Below are positions 8,517-19,616 of a stretch of 58,119 bases of DNA, one piece after another. The notes under the pieces were generated by a model, which worked only from the letters and a program-made list of their open reading frames with translations, was not told the origin of the DNA and did not search any database. The position numbers were made by a program, and so were the translations under genes. This DNA is from a virus (taxonomy: Duplodnaviria > Caudoviricetes): positions 1 to 58,119 of IMG/VR virus record IMGVR_UViG_3300042564_002254; one strand, written 5' to 3'. Positions within the stretch are counted from its first letter, which is position 1. Every line of letters starts with the position of its first letter.

Positions 8517-8635
8517 CTACATAAATCCTTTCATATCCTAATGCTTTCCAGTCCATTCGCATAATTTTTGGTTCTTTCATATATTCTATAATACACCAAT
8601 AAGCATCAAAAGTCAACCACTGGTATAATCATAAT

Positions 8636-9325
8636 ATGAACTTTGTATATTTGTGTAGGCCTGGAAGCAATGAAGAGTTAAGGTACTCAATAAGATCAGT
8701 TGTAAAAAACACAGATAATCCTAATATCTGGATTGTTGGAGGAAAGCCTTCTTGGTATGTTGGAAATTATATAAAATCTGATCAAAGCCAAGACAAATAT
8801 GAAAATGTGGTAAACAGTTTAAACACTATTGTTAATTGCAAAAGGATACCAGAAGATTTTGTACTGATGAATGATGACTTCTATATCATCAAGCCAATAA
8901 ATAAGATCAACACATATCACGGTGGAAGTTTTCAAAAAAAGGTAGAAATATTTACAGACAATGCAAAAAGTTCTTATTATACTTCATTACTTATTAATAC
9001 AAATAATATTTTAAAAGATGCTGGAATTGAAAACCCGCTTGATTATGCAATTCATGTGCCCATTGAATTAAATAAACAAAAACTATCTACAGTTATTCAA
9101 TCAAAAGTTTCAATCAGAACAATGTATGGAAACTTGTTTGATATTGGTGGAACAGAGGTAGATGATGTAAAATTTCATAGAATGGCAACCAGAAAATGGA
9201 CAAAAAGTCCAGATCTAAATACTATGGATTTTGAATATTTGTCTACAGGTGATGAATCATTTCCAGAAGTTTATGAATATATTTTAAAGGATATGTTTAG
9301 TGAGCCATCTCAGTTTGAAAAATAA
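8636..9325 (+). CDS. Stealth-family-like (hexose-1-phosphotransferase-like) protein
   Basis: EELRYSIRSV and FVLMNDDFY match Stealth CR2; leaderless TGGTATAAT promoter; inserted against local gene orientation. Confidence 0.6.
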   Translation: MNFVYLCRPGSNEELRYSIRSVVKNTDNPNIWIVGGKPSWYVGNYIKSDQSQDKYENVVNSLNTIVNCKRIPEDFVLMNDDFYIIKPINKINTYHGGSFQKKVEIFTDNAKSSYYTSLLINTNNILKDAGIENPLDYAIHVPIELNKQKLSTVIQSKVSIRTMYGNLFDIGGTEVDDVKFHRMATRKWTKSPDLNTMDFEYLSTGDESFPEVYEYILKDMFSEPSQFEK

Positions 9326-9741
9326 ACTATAATTTTTTAGTGCACCATATTTTATAGTCACTCATAGTCTGATGATAGTCCCAAAACAAAGGATCCTTGT
9401 AGTGCATTTCACACTTTTCACATTCATTCTTCATTGTCTATGCCGTTTCTTATTGCCAAACTTAGACTTAACATCAGCCCTAGCCTGATTAACTATGGCC
9501 TTCGTAATGTCTTCAACAGTAAACTCTTGATCAAAGGTTTGTTCAGTATCCACCAGTGCACTCATTTCTTGTATGGTATAAACGGATTTTGGTCATTGTC
9601 TTTTTATTCGGGGCATATAATTCTTCACCACAGCAAGCAGTCTTAAGGTACCACTCCTTAGCAAAGAAGTCATACACTAAACCCTTAGCGTTAGCATACT
9701 TCTTGGCTACAAAGGTTTGGAATGGATCAGGAATCTCCATG

Positions 9742-10026
9742 TTAATCATTGCGGTCCCAGACCAACTTGGCAAAACTCCTCCAAGATAACTTTTCTGAAT
9801 CTAAAGCCTTCCAGTGTCTATGTGATTGAACATATACTGCTGCATATGCGAGAGCAGAGAATATAAACCCATACTGTTTAGTAGCAACAGCATAAACTAT
9901 CCACAAAGTTTCATTGAATAAAAGAATGTACCAGCCAAGAAAATTTTTACGGCCAACAAAAAATATACCTGAGACTCCTATGACGGCAAGCACCCATGAG
10001 GCATAGTTTTCCATAAATTGGTTCAT
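9742..10026 (-). CDS. PnuC-like small membrane protein
   Basis: Three TM helices, RKN..GW and terminal W pattern. Confidence 0.5.
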   Translation of the reverse strand: MNQFMENYASWVLAVIGVSGIFFVGRKNFLGWYILLFNETLWIVYAVATKQYGFIFSALAYAAVYVQSHRHWKALDSEKLSWRSFAKLVWDRND

Positions 10027-10053
10027 ATATCCAGTATACCTTAAAGTCAGGGT

Positions 10054-10284
10054 TTAGTCAATTTGCTTGCCCTTGGTCTTTACCCAAGTGCCTATTTTAT
10101 TTATCTTTACTTTTTCTCTTAATATTTCTGCAAAATCAGTACCTATTTCAGATCCAAGGTACTCTTCGCCTGTTTCCAGGTCAACTAACTTCCATTTTCC
10201 AGGGGATTTAGTATGAATAATTAAATCAACTGGCTTATCAAATGACTCAGCCTCTGAACCATCATTAAGTATTCTCTTGGTCAT
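10054..10284 (-). CDS. Hypothetical protein
   Basis: TKSPGKWKLVDLETGEEY; intact ORF in run. Confidence 0.6.
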   Translation of the reverse strand: MTKRILNDGSEAESFDKPVDLIIHTKSPGKWKLVDLETGEEYLGSEIGTDFAEILREKVKINKIGTWVKTKGKQID

Positions 10285-10442
10285 CTATGATACAAGGCCC
10301 ATAGAAAGGTGCTGGAAACAAACATCAGCGACAACATAGTCAGCGTGATCTACAACGACATCGTAATGTGTCGCTTCTTTATCGCAAAAAAAGCACTTAT
10401 GTTTTTCCATATATCGATTATATCATAGTTCAAATTAACGAT

Positions 10443-11129
10443 TTAGCAGTTGTCTCCGCTAGAGATAGTCCGATCACTATCAAAACTATCATAACAAATG
10501 CCATAAAGTGTATGTCTTATGCCAGAAGTTACAGGGGTAACTTTATGAGTAAATTCTTTTGTTATTGGTATATTGACAAGCATTCCAGGTTCTGGCTTAA
10601 TAATGATGTCTGGCTTATATTTAAATAGCAATTCTCCTCCAACAAAATCATTATTTAAATATAAAGACCACGCCCCTGTTAGTCCATCATCTATTTGCCC
10701 TGGGTTCCCTTTTTCATGATGCCACTCAAATGCACCATACTTATCAACCCCTTCTTTAAATGGCCAAAAAGATTGAAGGGTTGTGTTTTTTAATAAATGA
10801 TCTGGCAAAGCCATTGAGAGTCTATCTAATAGACCACCATCTTGCCAAAATATGGGGTCTTTGTGCTGTTCATCTTTATCTGTTGGGAATACTGCACTTA
10901 GACTTAGATCGATTCCTCTTGTAGGACACACGGTTCCTTGTGGATGAATATCGTGTTTTATACCAATAAATTTGTTTCTTATTGAAGGTGATCGAGAGGT
11001 TATATACCAGCCATTAGGCTCATCGCAATGTTTCCTTAATTCGGCGGACTCTTCTTCAGTTAAAAAATTAGGTATGTACCAAAGATCTTTGTCTAAGTAC
11101 ACTTTTTGGCTTTCGATAAGTTCTTTCAT
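10443..11129 (-). CDS. 2OG-Fe(II) oxygenase (prolyl-hydroxylase-like)
   Basis: IPNFLT, WHHE, LYLNNDFVGGEL, HKVTPVTSGIR. Confidence 0.85.
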   Translation of the reverse strand: MKELIESQKVYLDKDLWYIPNFLTEEESAELRKHCDEPNGWYITSRSPSIRNKFIGIKHDIHPQGTVCPTRGIDLSLSAVFPTDKDEQHKDPIFWQDGGLLDRLSMALPDHLLKNTTLQSFWPFKEGVDKYGAFEWHHEKGNPGQIDDGLTGAWSLYLNNDFVGGELLFKYKPDIIIKPEPGMLVNIPITKEFTHKVTPVTSGIRHTLYGICYDSFDSDRTISSGDNC

Positions 11130-11142
11130 ATTTATAATTATA

Positions 11143-11844
11143 TCACAAAAGGTTTTCGTTTAATTTCATATTTTTTACCTCTTCAAATACCTTTAGCGCT
11201 AAATCAAAAAGTTCATCTCCGTTTACATGAATCATAATATTATTATATCCATTTTCTTTTATATGTTTAATTATTGTTCTAAATGATTCAATGTCACGAA
11301 CAATAAAAAATAATATCTTTGTTTTATCTGAAGTATCAAGCGTACCACTTACCAGTCTGCCATAATTAACAATATTTGCATCTGCAAGACTGTCCATATT
11401 TGGGCAAATGCTATCTTTCATTCCAGAAACATATGTATAGGGCTTTTTTACATCCCAGTCTTTAAACTTTTCAAGGTAGGAACAAAAAAACTTTTTTCTA
11501 TCCTCAAAGGATGTGGAATCATTAACATCTGAAAAGACTCCTCCAAAAGACTCTTCCCCATCAGTTAAACCAGGAACAAAATTAATTCTAACCCTGTCTT
11601 CTTGTATCAGGTCTAATGATTTTGAAATTGCCAATAGATACTGAGGAGAAATAGTATATGGCCGAACTGCAACCAGATACTTTAACTTTTGATTTGTTTT
11701 AAGAGATCTCGCTATTCTAGTAAACGGATCTGGAACTCCCACGGCGTAAGGTAGAAGCCATCCATAAAACCCAGAATCTTCAAGTAAGTCTGATATATAT
11801 CCTAAATCTTTGTCGGTATGGCGACCAAACCAATATACATTCAT
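11143..11844 (-). CDS. Short luciferase-like (LLM) flavin monooxygenase
   Basis: GF.G.LLP, KYLVAVRP..ISP and RVRINFVPG resemble SsuD N-terminus. Confidence 0.65.
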   Translation of the reverse strand: MNVYWFGRHTDKDLGYISDLLEDSGFYGWLLPYAVGVPDPFTRIARSLKTNQKLKYLVAVRPYTISPQYLLAISKSLDLIQEDRVRINFVPGLTDGEESFGGVFSDVNDSTSFEDRKKFFCSYLEKFKDWDVKKPYTYVSGMKDSICPNMDSLADANIVNYGRLVSGTLDTSDKTKILFFIVRDIESFRTIIKHIKENGYNNIMIHVNGDELFDLALKVFEEVKNMKLNENLL

Positions 11845-12029
11845 AATATGATTATACCAGTCGGCGCAAAAAAGTCTTTAAAGTTCGGCGCAAAATAGAG
11901 GCCATTAAACCACCTTATGCCCTACACGGGCACTATGGTTTACAAACCTTCATATGCTTGTATAGACTTTCGTGAGCAAAGCCTACCCTAAAGTCCCATT
12001 CTTTCTTACAGACAGGACACACTATTGTT

Positions 12030-12278
12030 CTACTCATCCATACCCTTTTCCCAGATTAGTCCACATTTTGTACACATAATTCCTGGCTCTCGCATATACC
12101 AAGTATGGTTGCAGGAACCTACAGTTGGTTTTCGTTTTTCTCTAGATGTGCCATTTTTTAATTGTTGTCTAAAAACACCATTTGGATCGTGAATATGACA
12201 TTTATCTACAGTACGCCATTTCTCAACTTTAAAAGAACAGGGCTTACCCTGTTTAGTTAGTGAACTACATTGTCTCAT
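12030..12278 (-). CDS. Cys/His-rich hypothetical protein
   Basis: C...TK.G.PC...C.IH and CxxC motifs. Confidence 0.55.
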   Translation of the reverse strand: MRQCSSLTKQGKPCSFKVEKWRTVDKCHIHDPNGVFRQQLKNGTSREKRKPTVGSCNHTWYMREPGIMCTKCGLIWEKGMDE

Positions 12279-12466
12279 AGTTTGGCTACATACTGAGCAG
12301 CCATCTTCAAACCTTTAACCAAACCATCGTGGTAGTCCTGGTTCTTAATAACCCTAGTAGTATCCCAAACACGGTAGGATTCCTTGTTTAATAACTCTGA
12401 GATTTCTTCATTAGTCATATATCAAGTATATCCAATTTTGGCGGGGATGTCAAGTATAATGAGTCT

Positions 12467-12787
12467 ATGGATGAAGCAGTACTATACATACTATATAACC
12501 CTATACATAAGGCTGTCAAGGTAGGTATATCAGACATATCAGGAAGAAGGTTTGCAAGCCATAGGACCAAGGGTTGGATACTGATTAAGTATTGGCATTT
12601 TTTCGAACGGGATATGGCAAGAAGAGTCGAATCAGTAGTACTAAAAACACTAAGGGAAAGATATGGTTACTTTCTGGATAAGGCGGATATGCCTCAAAGC
12701 GGATATACAGAGACCTTTGATGCTTCAAAGATAACCCGTAGGGCCTTGATCCGTATGGTCAATAAGGCTATAAGGGATGTATCGTAA
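12467..12787 (+). CDS. GIY-YIG-like (T5orf172-type) nuclease
   Basis: LYIL...VKVGIS...RR..H and GYTETF; leaderless TATAAT promoter. Confidence 0.65.
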   Translation: MDEAVLYILYNPIHKAVKVGISDISGRRFASHRTKGWILIKYWHFFERDMARRVESVVLKTLRERYGYFLDKADMPQSGYTETFDASKITRRALIRMVNKAIRDVS

Positions 12788-12968
12788 TCTTTATATACCG
12801 TGGTTTTTTACTTAAAGAAGTCTATACCTATATACCACTTAAAAAGATACAGGCCAATTTCCCATTCGTGTTTGATCGGATACCCCCAGTTAGCAACATA
12901 GATACCGATTGCATAGTTAGAGGTCATCTTGCCATAGTGTAGTTTCATATACCCATCATATCACATAG

Positions 12969-13022
12969 TTATCCACAGGTCAATATGATGGTTTGGTATA
13001 GTTATCCACAGGTTTATCCACA
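12969..13022 (+). promoter_or_regulatory. Three DnaA boxes
   Basis: TTATCCACA at 12969, 13002, 13014. Confidence 0.75.
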
Positions 13023-13123
13023 TATATTTCTTACTGATAATATTATTAGACACCGTAGAAGTGGAGTGAAGTGGAGGATAGTGGAGTATAGAGCGTTTTT
13101 AAAGAGGGCTTCGTAATCTTTCT

Positions 13124-13810
13124 GACGGCCAAACCTCCTATCCCCAAACCTTATATCCCCCTTATACCACATATCCACATATCTGTCAAACCTTTGTATA
13201 CAGGGTTTGGGCATTATATACCAAACCTTTGTATTTGTCAAGCCCATTTGCTGTACAAAACCCTATATAATTTTGTCCGAATTTGCTCAGAAAATAAAGA
13301 AAACCTTTATAAAAATATATAAAGGTTTGATAAAGTTTTAGAAATCAGGAAATAATTTATAGTGGTTTGTTATAGTGTATATACTATAGGGGATTGGGGG
13401 TTTCATCTTGATCCCCTGGCAAAATCGCCTGGTACGGGGAAAAATTTTCGCCCATCGTAATCTTATTTTCAGAAATGTCATCCGACGTTTTTGGGCGGGG
13501 AGGGAAGAAACACTTAAGAGTAACAACACTATACAACATACCACATAGAGCACCCATTGCTTTATCAAACCCTATAGATTCATGTTCTTCATCGTGTCGA
13601 TGTGAAGGGTTTTGATACATCTTTGCAAAGTGGTGTGGGGCCATGTCTTTATTATACACCTGATATGAAGGTTTGACAAACAAGGTTTGATATGGTATAA
13701 GGTTTGGTACGGGGAAAAGAATTTGTCCTTCGTAATCTAGTTCTGGGGAAAATAAAGGTTTGATCGTAATCTTATTCTAAAGAAGGTTTTGTACCAAATG
13801 TCTGGTTTGA
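13124..13810. repeat. Iteron-like CAAACCTT/AAGGTTTG array around a central palindrome
   Basis: More than a dozen exact or near copies; AAACCTTTATA...TATAAAGGTTT inverted repeat at ~13300-13328. Confidence 0.6.
13384..13644 (-). CDS. Hypothetical protein (MAPHHFAK...)
   Basis: TTGTCA-17-TATAAT promoter with leaderless ATG. Confidence 0.45.
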   Translation of the reverse strand: MAPHHFAKMYQNPSHRHDEEHESIGFDKAMGALCGMLYSVVTLKCFFPPRPKTSDDISENKITMGENFSPYQAILPGDQDETPNPL

Positions 13811-13877
13811 TATGATTTGACGTGCCACGTCCCCAACCCCAGGCTTTTGTCAAGCCCAGGGATTAGAAATAAGATAG

Positions 13878-14183
13878 TTACTCTGCTGCTGCAGCCCCAG
13901 GATTTTTCTTGTTGTAAGCAAAAACCAAGATTGCTCCTAGCGATTGTTCCTCTAACTCATCAACCTCAGCCTCAGTAATCTCTAATAGATTAAACATCAT
14001 ATCAATGCTTTCCTCAATATACTGTTCACCTAGTGGGGTTAGGTCTTTTACCAAACCTTCTGCCACATAGTATGCCATTGGTACACCAATGTCATTGTAA
14101 TCCATAAAGGCACTAAAACTTTCATCCTCTCGGAAGTCAATCCATAGTTGACCTAGTACACCTGTTTTATCTGCGAAGTCCAT
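13878..14183 (-). CDS. Hypothetical protein
   Basis: Acidic 101 aa ORF with AAGGA RBS. Confidence 0.65.
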   Translation of the reverse strand: MDFADKTGVLGQLWIDFREDESFSAFMDYNDIGVPMAYYVAEGLVKDLTPLGEQYIEESIDMMFNLLEITEAEVDELEEQSLGAILVFAYNKKNPGAAAAE

Positions 14184-14406
14184 TTACGGGTCCTTTCATC
14201 TCTAACATAAGTTTATCATACTCTTCCATTGCTGTCAAACTCAAAACCTCTAATCTGTGATAGTTTATAAGTGGTAGGTTTCTTACCATATAATATCCTA
14301 CGCGTTCTAAGTCTACCGCAAAATCTTGTGTAAGGAGTCTGCCTAACTGTTCTGCTGTTTTTGTTTCTTTATTATTGGTTGCCGTTCGTCTTATTGAATA
14401 AGCCAT
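14167..14406 (-). CDS. Hypothetical protein
   Basis: AGGAG RBS. Confidence 0.65.
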   Translation of the reverse strand: MAYSIRRTATNNKETKTAEQLGRLLTQDFAVDLERVGYYMVRNLPLINYHRLEVLSLTAMEEYDKLMLEMKGPVNGLRR

Positions 14407-14501
14407 AGTCGTCTCCTCTATTCCATTGTATCAAAAAAGTAGGGGGAGCGCAAGTCTACGAAAACCTGCGCCCCACCCTGTTAATCTAAGGGACCCATTC
14501 C

Positions 14502-14858
14502 TTAGATCTGCTCAACTAAACTTGGTAGATAAGCGTCCATAAATTTATCAAAGGGCACAGAGACCTTATCAGTAACAGTATTAGTAGTAAAGTCGATGAG
14601 GACTGTTGTTTCTCCTAGGTCCAGCCCATTACCGTCAATTGCATAGATTCCAAAGCCTGTCTCATCCAAGATCGAATCTTGCATAAGATAACTAATAATC
14701 ATACGGGTACCATATGCAGAATCATTTAGCCGTGGCTTTGAATGCTGCAGGGCCATTGCTAGGTCCCGCTGCCATTCAGTCTCACCCCAATGGCTATAGA
14801 GAACTACTCTAGGGCCCTTCTCACTGTCTTGAAATACAAAGTTAATCCGTGCTCCCAT
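14502..14858 (-). CDS. Hypothetical phage protein (LYSHWG motif)
   Basis: MGARINF start after GGGAG RBS. Confidence 0.65.
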   Translation of the reverse strand: MGARINFVFQDSEKGPRVVLYSHWGETEWQRDLAMALQHSKPRLNDSAYGTRMIISYLMQDSILDETGFGIYAIDGNGLDLGETTVLIDFTTNTVTDKVSVPFDKFMDAYLPSLVEQI

Positions 14859-15015
14859 TACTCTTCTCCCTCTACATAGTCCAATACAACAACTGACATA
14901 TCTGCCCAAATTTCTTTGGACAATTGAACTTCATCTTCTTTTAAATCACTAAACATAACGAAGTTCATATGGGCTCCACTAGGTTCGTGAATAAGTTCTA
15001 CTGTGTATTCGTTCA

Positions 15016-15462
15016 TTATCGTAAGTCCACCCAAGTTCTACCTAGTAGTTCAGGGTCTATCTCTTCATCATCTTCTACTTCATTTGTTGGGTTGTCTTTC
15101 ATTATTGTCTCCTCGCAGTTGTGGGTTTCTTCTTCATCAAGTATATCACCGCATAAATCACAAGTCAAGTCAGGCTCTCCAACCATAATCTGAATAGTGG
15201 TATTTTCGGGGAATGGAACTTCAGTAATAAAATAACCAATCCTATTAACAAAGGACCAGCCATTCCATACATAGGTGCCACCGTCGTCTCCGTCCCCATA
15301 GGTCCAGATATGATTAGGGTGTGCTTTCTTTACAAACTCTACCTCTGCTCCATATGTCTCAAACATATGGCCATCAAAGGATGAGTTCTTATCTATATTA
15401 TTAGGGATAGGTTTGTAGGTATCAAACCATTCATCAAAGTCTATCTCAATAAAGTTATCCAT
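15016..15462 (-). CDS. Hypothetical phage protein (FETYG...VNRIGY motif)
   Basis: Intact ORF in early operon. Confidence 0.65.
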   Translation of the reverse strand: MDNFIEIDFDEWFDTYKPIPNNIDKNSSFDGHMFETYGAEVEFVKKAHPNHIWTYGDGDDGGTYVWNGWSFVNRIGYFITEVPFPENTTIQIMVGEPDLTCDLCGDILDEEETHNCEETIMKDNPTNEVEDDEEIDPELLGRTWVDLR

Positions 15463-17262
15463 TAGCCTTAGTCCTATCACTGATAGCAAACGCTAATTGA
15501 TATGTAAGGGCGTATACTTCTACAAAAGCGTCTAAGCGGCCTTCAAGGTACTCATACTCTTCTCCCCGCAAAGCCTCTGACAACTTTGTCTCAGCCTCAT
15601 ACATAAGGTTCTTAAGTTCTCCGTGTAGGATGTCAGTTCCTGACTCTCCCATATCAATTAGTTTCTGTAGTCTTGGGTCTAGTGTTGTATTCATCATAGT
15701 TATATTGTAGCCTCTAGCACTGACAAAAAGTGGTAGCAGGCAAGAATCTGTCCAGTAGTGGAAACATCTTCTAACTCTAAGTCCTTGTACTCATCACAGT
15801 CAAGGTCATCATAGAAGCCCATTTGCTTCTGTAGTTCCTCAGAGTCTTGCTCCAAGGATAGCAGGTGTAGTTTAATATATTCGTGAAATGTGTTTAGGTC
15901 CATAGTATTAATTATACGGGTTCGTGTTGATTTTGACAACTCCCCTTGATGTGAAACTAATCACACTTGGCTGTACCATTGGCTCCTGAGCAGTACGAGT
16001 TACAAAGGTTTGGTAATCGCAGGTACAGGCGGGATCGAAGGAAGGCTCAACAGATGTAGTAATCTCTATAAGAGCATCACACCCTGTACAAACATAACTA
16101 TACTTGGTCCACATTATGAACATACTCCTTTGCCCACTCAGGCGCTTCGCCTTCTACCCAATCTAATTCAACATCTAAGTCTCCACCACCTTCAGGCCAG
16201 CCAGTTGTGACTACTAATTCTGTTCCATCCTCAAAGAAGATTTGCTCAACAATTGAGCGGTATGTGATTTCACGAGATTCAATGTTCATTAGTCCTCTAT
16301 GTATTCTACTGAGATGTTGCCCATTACTTCATCATACTTTACCATAGTATCTATGTCCTCAGCAAATCGAGCCATTAGATAATCTACTTTATCTTCCGTG
16401 CTCATATCAGGTGGACCGTATAGTTCAAACCCTATATCATTAGACATTGCATCATCTATATCAATGGTTTGTTCAATACTGATTCTAACTTTCATTCAAA
16501 GTGCCCCTCTGCCATTAGTCCTTCAAGTAGGTCTTTAGTTTTCCACAGGCTATTCCATAAGAATTGATCGTTCTCAGGATTAGTGGTCTTTAGCACGGAA
16601 GCCAAAGACTGAATCATATCATCAGCATCTACCTCTTCATATCCTACTAATGGCATTAGCCTACCTCTATCCCTGCGTAATGTGCGATAGTATTAAGAGT
16701 AGTGTGGATATGGCAGTCGCAAGCCTCTCCACCCATATTTTCCTCAAACTCTAAGTGAGAGTAATTGCTTTCATATATTTCATTGATTAGGTCGTCAATG
16801 GTATTCATTTGGTATGCCACTCACCTAATTCAGGGATAAACACATTTTCCTCTATATCCCATTGAGCGTCATCCCAACTAAGTTCATCAGTCATAATTTT
16901 ACCGATTTCATCTATGAAGGTTTGCATAACGGCTTCTGCGTGGTGTCTATTCTTAGCCTTGATATTTGTAATAGAGATAGCAAGGTCGCAAGAATAGTAA
17001 TCTGCATACATTTCAGGGTTTTCTATTTGGTCTGTTTCTAGGGTCATACATATTCCTTTTCGTAGGCTGGGTGGGATGTTACTACTAATTCTAGCATTTC
17101 GTCAGGGTATCTGTCAAGTACCCAATTAAGAGCCTGTCCAGCAGTCTTAAAGTCAGAGGCAGTGGTACTAGTACCATAACCATTAATGGTTGCTTCCCAG
17201 CAGTCAATACCACCAGGTGAGACGGAGTAGTTCATTTCATATATTGCCACTTGTTTTGTCAT
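15455..17262 (-). other. Run of about nine small acidic hypothetical early genes (15455-15697, 15700-15903, 15908-16123, 16098-16289, 16289-16495, 16805-17047, 17044-17262 and two shorter ORFs)
   Basis: Overlapping stop/start packing downstream of promoters at 15704 and 17269. Confidence 0.6.
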
Positions 17263-17440
17263 ATCTTAATTATAGCCTAGGGGTCTGACAAATGGAAGGT
17301 TTGGGGAAAAAATATTGCCTATCGTAAAGAAATTTTGGGAAAAATATCACCCTATCGTAAAGTTATTTTAGCAGAAATGTTTTGTGATATAGGTCACAGC
17401 CGACGTCCGAAATTTTTATGCATTGCATTTTTATTTATTG

Positions 17441-17514
17441 CGATCCGTACGGGACTTGAACCCGTGACCTCTACCGTGACAGGGTAGCGAACTAACCAAC
17501 TATTCTAACGGACC
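17441..17514 (-). tRNA. tRNA-Asp(GUC)
   Basis: CTACC-CT GTC AC-GGTAG anticodon arm; GGTTCAAGTCC T arm; GGTCCGT/ACGGATC acceptor. Confidence 0.9.
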
Positions 17515-17567
17515 AAATGGTGAGCAGTTTTTATTCTTACTCAGGAATCTTTATTTAGTTTTTTTTA

Positions 17568-18581
17568 TTATGCGTTAGTTAATTCACGCACAATCTTTAG
17601 TAAGCGATTTTTTTCTGCTGTGATAGCAGGGTCAAATCCGCTTGCGCTTGCAAGGATAGATTCGTTAGAACCACCACGAGCAGAGCGGTGCCAGTCAAGG
17701 CGCTCAGTAAGTGCATTAAACGCACCCCACGCATTACCAGCAATCATTCCGTTAAACTCGCCTGTGTAAATGTCGTTGATAACATCAACCTTGTTTTCCC
17801 ACTTCTTGAATGCACCCTTAGAATCCTTTTCAGGCTTTGGGTATGCAGCAAGAATAATGTCGTTAAACATCTTAGCAGAAACTTCCTGTTGAATCATAGC
17901 GTTAGCCATAACATCAAAAGAATCCATATACTTATGAGCAAGACCAAGAGTCTCACGAGCAACTTGAATCTTACCTTGTGCAGTCTGTGTATGGCGAATC
18001 TTGAAAGATTGCTTGATGCCATTTTTCTTGCGTGTAGTATTAAGTGCAAGATTGAGAGTGTTAGCGCACACAACACGAACGGGTGTTATGCTTGCTTGAA
18101 TAGCGATTGAGCCATCGTGTGATGTGTTGATAAGTAGATAAGTCTTAACCTTATCAGCAACGCCAGTAGGGTCAAGAACTGTTTCACGCTCTAGGGCTAG
18201 TGCACCGAATACAACACGACCGCCCTTGATTGAACCAGCAGTCTCCCAACGACCACCACCGTCAAGAATATTATCACCGAATGAAAATAAATCTTCATTC
18301 TGCATTGGGTGATAACGCTCACCAACGACACCAAGAATGTCGGTCTGTGTGTTATCTGTAGGATTAGTACGCAAGACATATTGATATGCCTTGTCGCTTG
18401 TTAGATGTGAGGGAGTTTCCAAATCCTCTAAGCGAACATTCCAACCGTTAAGGCTTGCAGCCTGTAGCATTTCTGCTGTTGTTTTTTCCTCGGTGAATAC
18501 TGTTCCCAATCCGTGCCAAGCAGGTTCACGGAATGATGCGAATGAGGTTTTGCCGTTTTGTGTTTCTAAATCGTGAGCCAC
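17568..18581 (-). CDS. DUF932 / TIGR03299 phage-plasmid protein
   Basis: PAWHGLG, ETAGS..GG, YLL..TSHDGS, TPVRVVCANT, RHT motifs. Confidence 0.88.
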   Translation of the reverse strand: MAHDLETQNGKTSFASFREPAWHGLGTVFTEEKTTAEMLQAASLNGWNVRLEDLETPSHLTSDKAYQYVLRTNPTDNTQTDILGVVGERYHPMQNEDLFSFGDNILDGGGRWETAGSIKGGRVVFGALALERETVLDPTGVADKVKTYLLINTSHDGSIAIQASITPVRVVCANTLNLALNTTRKKNGIKQSFKIRHTQTAQGKIQVARETLGLAHKYMDSFDVMANAMIQQEVSAKMFNDIILAAYPKPEKDSKGAFKKWENKVDVINDIYTGEFNGMIAGNAWGAFNALTERLDWHRSARGGSNESILASASGFDPAITAEKNRLLKIVRELTNA

Positions 18582-18804
18582 GATATTCCTTCTTTCTGTT
18601 GTGTTGATATTTCAAGTATAGCAGGACTGACTGACATATGCAAATCGGTATAGTTAATCATAGACAAATTGGACATTTCATAAAAGATCACCCCTAGACT
18701 ACGGCGTGTCGATTTGACAATGACTGGTCGGCGGGACGTCCAAAAATTTGAGGGAATTTATTGAGCAGTTTAGCGATATGCTCAGATCTGTTAGTAGCCC
18801 CCTA

Positions 18805-19242
18805 CTAAATATCTACTCTGTCCACACTGGATGATGAGTAAATTACTCCTTCAGGTTCTGATATAGAATCAAAATCAATTTCGTGAATTAAATTAATTGC
18901 TGACTCTTCATCTCGTGCATTGACTGTAATTGAATATAGAACTGTGACTTCCAATTCAAATTCTTTTGTTAACTCAAAACCGCAAATGTCTGCAATTTCT
19001 TGTCCTTCTGATTGATTAATGGTTCCATTTTCTAATGCTTCTAAGGTCCACTCTTGCATTTCATTACGCATACGGTTGCGCTCTGCAGACTCATCAGTGG
19101 AGCGAATAACTGTGTTGGCGTGTGCCGATTGCAATTGCTTTACATATTCCTCAAGTCGTGCAACATTTAGAGTTGCCTTAGCAAGAGAATCACGAAGAAA
19201 CTCTTCTGTTGCGTGTTCTACTGTGTTTGTTGTTTGGTCCAT
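18805..19242 (-). CDS. Hypothetical coiled-coil protein
   Basis: Own promoter at 19276 and RBS. Confidence 0.7.
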   Translation of the reverse strand: MDQTTNTVEHATEEFLRDSLAKATLNVARLEEYVKQLQSAHANTVIRSTDESAERNRMRNEMQEWTLEALENGTINQSEGQEIADICGFELTKEFELEVTVLYSITVNARDEESAINLIHEIDFDSISEPEGVIYSSSSVDRVDI

Positions 19243-19616
19243 TGGGGGCCTCTTTCTGTTTGTTGGTTTAATTTAATTATACTGGTTACCACTGACAAAT
19301 TTAGGTGAGCAGTTTATACACTTACTCAGGTGATAGAGAGGCAGGATCCTTCGTCTGGAACCCCTCTAATTATTTACTTAGAGAATGTATAGGTATAGGC
19401 TAGGTGCTGAGACTTATACTTAGCAATCTTATTTGCAGTTGCTACAAGTGTGTGTGCTTTTACGGCGTTCTTGTCTGCAAATTGTAGAATAGTTTTCTTG
19501 CCTTGTGTGATAGTGAAGTTGTACATTTTAATTCCATTTCTGTTTCGTAGGTTTGTGTGAGCAGTTTTATATCATACTCAGGATAGTTAGGAGAGACTCT
19601 GAGCCTCCTGCCCTAA

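Noticed and set aside
11861-11895. Direct repeat TCGGCGCAAAA x2
   Set aside because: Only two copies and no context to assign a function.
13014-13568. ORFs 13014..13247 and 13338..13568
   Set aside because: They run through the repeat tract or overlap a better-supported ORF and have no translation signals.
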